From: Myxococcota bacterium
Lineage (GTDB): Bacteria > Myxococcota_A > SURF-8
Reading direction: 5' to 3'
DNA length: 64,000 nucleotides
Assembly (NCBI GenBank): GCA_965140415.1
Contig: OZ223209.1
Location: 1,792,001-1,856,000 of the forward strand
Shown one piece after another: positions 60,250 to 64,000 of this stretch. Made by a program: the position numbers and the translations under genes. The notes beneath the pieces are model-generated. The model did no database searches. It worked only from the letters and a program-made list of their open reading frames with translations, and was not told the origin of the DNA. Positions within the stretch are counted from its first letter, which is position 1; every line of letters starts with the position of its first letter.

Positions 60250-60495
60250 CGCCGAATCCTCCTTACATCAGAAACTACATCAAAAAACCTCGAAGCTTGC
60301 GCGCGCATTGTAGGGAATTCCCAGCGAGATTGCAAACTTGAAAATATAGAATGACAGGTAAGTTTTCATAATCCCCTTTCAATTTCCCGATTCTGTTGAC
60401 AGAAAATGTCTCCTTCGGGTATCGTGACGCTTCCTTTATCAAGGAAATATGTTGTTGGAAGTATCCTTATCCATTTTAGGTAACGGAGATGGGCC

Positions 60496-61986
60496 GTGCG
60501 AACATTCAATACTCTGGCGATTCTTTTCATTCTTCTCTGCGGATTGAGTTTATGGGCCTGCTCGGAGGACGACGCCACCATAGATGGCGACAGCGACGGC
60601 GATCTGGGCGAAAGTGAAGATGGCGACATCGACGGCGATGCGGATTCGGAAACGGATGGTGAACTTGTTGTGCGCCCGGCTTTGCCGCATGCCCATTGCG
60701 GTATGGAATCCTACGATCTCATCGATCCTGACGAACTGGGCCAGGTGATCGAATACGAGGAAGATCCCCTGTTCAACCTGGGACCGGATGCCATCGACGG
60801 CTTGCTGCAAACCGCCGGATACGATCAGTTGTCGCCGGTGCCGTATGGCACGCGCCTGTTCCGCTATCGTTACACCACCCAGGACAAAGGGCAGGTTGTG
60901 GAAGCCACCGCCGTATTGGGCATTCCCGCCAACACCGATTTGCCTGATGGCGAAATGCCCTGGGCGATCTTCCATCATGGCACGACCGGCTTCTCGCATC
61001 CCTGTGCGCCCAGCCGCAACGGTGACGGCCAGGCTATGGCCGCCGTGGTGGCCGCAAGCGGCCTAGTCGCGGTAGTGCCCGATTACATCGGCTTGCAGGG
61101 CTTCGGCACAACGGACGATTCCCGGCACGGGTATCTGGTCGGTGAGCAGGTGGCCATCGGTTCCTGGGACGCCTTGCGCGCCGCGCATAAACTGTTGACG
61201 ACCGAACTGACGGATCTGGTTGACGTCGGCTACGATACCGTGTTGTGGGGCGGTTCGCAGGGCGGGCACGCCTGCATCTTCACCGAACTGTTCGGTCCCT
61301 ATTATGCACCCGAGTATCACGTCGCCGGAGTAAGTGCCGCCGTGCCGCCGATCAACATTCTCGGCCTGACCGAGATTGCCGTAACGGAATTCACGGCTCC
61401 CGCGCAGACCTTCCCCGCCGTGTTGACCACCATGCGCAACTGGTACGGTATGCCAGCGGATATGAGCGCGGTGCTGGTTAACGAGGAGCCGTTGTATCTG
61501 GCGGATAACGCCGAAACCATTTTCTACCCGCAGGAGGAATGTGAGGCCCCCGAAGGCATGGAAGAAGCCATCACCGGCATCGACAAGATCTACACGGTGG
61601 ACTTCATGGATAAGGTCAAGCAGGGAAAATGGGACGAGTTGGAGCCTTGGTCCTGCTTCTTGAAAGAGTCCCAACCCGCCACCAGTTCCGTGCCGATGCT
61701 GCGCGATACGCCGATACTGATGAGTTTTTCCGAAGATGACGATCTGGTCGTGACCCAGCCGCAGCGGGAGGAATTCGATCGCCTGTGCGATGCGGGCTGG
61801 AAACTGGAATACCTGGAGTGCATGAACGCGGGACATTCGCAGGGCGCGTTGTGGTCCTTGCCGGAGCAGTTGCAGTGGTTGCGCGACCGCCTGAACGGCG
61901 AACCCATGGACGAAGACAGAATCTGCCAGCGTTTCGACCCAATCTGCTGCACCGCTACCGAAAAACCGGAGGAGCGCTGTCAGTAA
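60496..61986 (+). CDS. Lipoprotein, secretory-lipase (LIP)-like alpha/beta hydrolase with DGD-repeat linker
   Basis: Lipobox LWAC; HGTTG...CAPS; PDYIGL; nucleophile GGSQGG; DDLV; GH. Confidence 0.85.
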   Translation: MRTFNTLAILFILLCGLSLWACSEDDATIDGDSDGDLGESEDGDIDGDADSETDGELVVRPALPHAHCGMESYDLIDPDELGQVIEYEEDPLFNLGPDAIDGLLQTAGYDQLSPVPYGTRLFRYRYTTQDKGQVVEATAVLGIPANTDLPDGEMPWAIFHHGTTGFSHPCAPSRNGDGQAMAAVVAASGLVAVVPDYIGLQGFGTTDDSRHGYLVGEQVAIGSWDALRAAHKLLTTELTDLVDVGYDTVLWGGSQGGHACIFTELFGPYYAPEYHVAGVSAAVPPINILGLTEIAVTEFTAPAQTFPAVLTTMRNWYGMPADMSAVLVNEEPLYLADNAETIFYPQEECEAPEGMEEAITGIDKIYTVDFMDKVKQGKWDELEPWSCFLKESQPATSSVPMLRDTPILMSFSEDDDLVVTQPQREEFDRLCDAGWKLEYLECMNAGHSQGALWSLPEQLQWLRDRLNGEPMDEDRICQRFDPICCTATEKPEERCQ

Positions 61987-62009
61987 ATTCCTGATTTCGA
62001 CTCGAAACG

Positions 62010-62047
62010 AACGGCTCATTTCACAAAGTTGGAATGAGCCGTTTTTT
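62010..62047 (+). terminator. Intrinsic terminator after the lipase gene
   Basis: AACGGCTCATT...AATGAGCCGTT followed by a T-run. Confidence 0.85.
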
Positions 62048-62296
62048 ATGGGGCCAATCCCAAAATCGGGGAGTCAAACAGACAGAAAGAAATCCACAAG
62101 GCCCACCATCAAGGAAGGGAACAGGAAGCGACCAACTCCGTTCGTTCAAATCGAGAACGTTCTCTCGAAATGGGTCTTGACCTCTTTTCACCCCAGTGAA
62201 CCGATGCTCTCTCTTTTATTTGAAAACTGTAAACGCATCTGATACGTTTGGATTGTTGACGCCATACTTTTACACGAATCTACCGGGGAATCAGAT

Positions 62297-63394
62297 ATGG
62301 CAGTACGTTTTACATTTCTGATGATTGTCCTGTCGCTGTGCTTTGCCTGCAACGATTCCGAAACCCGCTTTCTGATAGATGGCGACTCCGTTGATGGAGA
62401 TCAAATTGATGGAGATTTGGATCAGGAGCGGGAAAACGCGCCAGCCGATGAGGATACGAAGGTTTCCGATGGCGATCCGGATGCTGACGCGCCAACGGAC
62501 GGCGATGCCGACATGGAACTTGAAGCAGAAATCGGAACCGAGTTGGAACGCGTTGATTGGGATGAGGGCGAACAGTTGGAACTGATGCCGATTACATCGG
62601 ATCAGCCTCTGGGCTACGATGCCCGCGTGTGCACAGGGCGTCCCGGACGAATGACCGGCTATCAAATGACACTAAAAGCCTGTGATCCATTAGGTACCTG
62701 GAAATATGAGTATGCTGTCGGTATAGATACAGGCTTTGGAAGTTGCATGTACTGGCCGGGATCGAGCTGCTATTTTCGTCTGCCTCGAAACGAGCAGGGA
62801 GAGATTGTCAGTGGTTATCTTGGATGCCGAGAGGAAAACGATCTGTATTTCGACCGTTTGGAAATGACGATTGATTCGTATGCACTGGTGGAGTTGAGTT
62901 TGGATACCACATGCGACTGGTCTTCGACGGATGGCGATGTGGACGGCGAACAGGAAGGCGATGTGGAGTGTGTTGACAATGAGGATTGCCAGCCGGGATA
63001 TCATTGCAGCCAGATCCATGCGAATGTCTGTATAGAAGATTGCGTGCAAGCCGGTTGTGAAGCCGGTATGGCCTGTATTCCCATGGCTGCCTACAACGAG
63101 TGTTACGAGTGTACGCTGGATTGTCCCGCTGATGCGACTTGTAGATTTTCCGTACTGGGCTTGGAAACTCCCGGCTCGGAACCATGGGATTGCATTTACG
63201 CTTGCCCCTCCGACTGTCCGAACGAGCAATGCAATCCGCTAAACGGAACCTGTGTGCCTGCCTGTGAACGTTCTTGTGATGAAGGGCAGGTGTGCCGGTT
63301 TTATCGCGACGACTATTACTGCCTGCCTCCTTTCGATGCGAACCGTCCCATTGAATGGGTCGATCTGAATACCGGTAAATGCCTGACGGACTAG
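62297..63394 (+). CDS. DGD-repeat, Cys-rich lipoprotein
   Basis: Lipobox CFAC; DGD repeats; Cys-rich C-terminal repeats. Confidence 0.8.
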   Translation: MAVRFTFLMIVLSLCFACNDSETRFLIDGDSVDGDQIDGDLDQERENAPADEDTKVSDGDPDADAPTDGDADMELEAEIGTELERVDWDEGEQLELMPITSDQPLGYDARVCTGRPGRMTGYQMTLKACDPLGTWKYEYAVGIDTGFGSCMYWPGSSCYFRLPRNEQGEIVSGYLGCREENDLYFDRLEMTIDSYALVELSLDTTCDWSSTDGDVDGEQEGDVECVDNEDCQPGYHCSQIHANVCIEDCVQAGCEAGMACIPMAAYNECYECTLDCPADATCRFSVLGLETPGSEPWDCIYACPSDCPNEQCNPLNGTCVPACERSCDEGQVCRFYRDDYYCLPPFDANRPIEWVDLNTGKCLTD

Positions 63395-63539
63395 TTAAGA
63401 TAAATTGCCCCTTTCTTTCTTGGAAGCGCAACGACATCACGTTGTGGATATCCAGTTCACACAGGTCTTGAAATCGATACCATTCTTTGGTAATAGGAAT
63501 AGTATGAATCGAAGTAACCTATTATCCAAGAAGGTGGCT

Positions 63540-64000
63540 ATGCTTATCAATGTACGCGGCTGGTTCGTGATCGTGGTACTGGCGCTTCAAGTCGTCGCTT
63601 GTTCCGATCTGGAAAACGAGCAGTGGAACGCGGATTACGACTGGCAAGAGTTGGACATCGAAAACGGCGATAGGGTGGACATCGACCGGATTGAGACCGA
63701 GTCTGCCGATTCGGATCAAAAGAGTTCCCCTGCCGATGTAGATGAAACGCTGCTGGACGGCGATTTGGATCTGGATGTTGTAGACAGTGACCTGTTCGAG
63801 AATGAGGCGGAAATCGAGGAAGACCTGCCTTTGCCATCCTTACCGAGCGATGGTCCATTTGGCTTTCAAATTCTAACCTGTATCGAATACGCCGGACATG
63901 CGGTTGGTGTGGCCGAGAGCATAGTGGCCTGTGAACCGTTGGGTGTTTGGAAATATTTGTGGGCCAGTGGAAACAACAGCGCTTTTGGAAGCTGTTTGTT
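63540..64000 (+). CDS. Paralogous acidic lipoprotein, 3' end runs off the window
   Basis: Manual translation MLINVRGWFVIVVLALQVVACSD...ACEPLGVWKYLWASGNNSAFGSCL matches ACDPLGTWKYEYAVGIDTGFGSCM of the preceding gene. Confidence 0.8.
   Translation, partial: MLINVRGWFVIVVLALQVVACSDLENEQWNADYDWQELDIENGDRVDIDRIETESADSDQKSSPADVDETLLDGDLDLDVVDSDLFENEAEIEEDLPLPSLPSDGPFGFQILTCIEYAGHAVGVAESIVACEPLGVWKYLWASGNNSAFGSCL

Noticed and set aside
63443-63451. DnaA-box-like TGTGGATAT, and a possible oriC near gyrB
   Set aside because: A single imperfect box; no box cluster seen here or around gyrB.

Overview
A 64 kb chromosomal window, about 55% GC by eye, probably from a deltaproteobacterial/Myxococcota-like bacterium. 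That inference rests on a MYXO-CTERM-like tail, a myxobacterial Cys-rich repeat and the rpsA-sppA-lapA-lapB order. Housekeeping genes include coaBC (partial), lepA, rpsA, an isolated gyrB, rimO and panB. The main accessory features are: (i) an arcE-arcC-arcB-type arginine synthetase operon with no arginine deiminase, behind a structured 5' leader; (ii) a 4-gene operon of a saccharopine-dehydrogenase-like oxidoreductase, a tandem SCP2 lipid-binding protein, a FumI-like aminotransferase and a HAD phosphatase, a candidate pathway for long-chain amino alcohols or sphingoid bases; (iii) a SelW/Rdx-family selenoprotein with an in-frame TGA (CxxU), missed by the ORF track; (iv) a putative glycolipid/envelope operon; (v) a sensor-less cytoplasmic phosphorelay; (vi) several acidic DGD-repeat lipoproteins; (vii) at least three families of REP/REPIN-like palindromic repeats. 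I saw no CRISPR array, tRNA, rRNA or transposase. All family calls come from motif recognition by eye, not from database searches.
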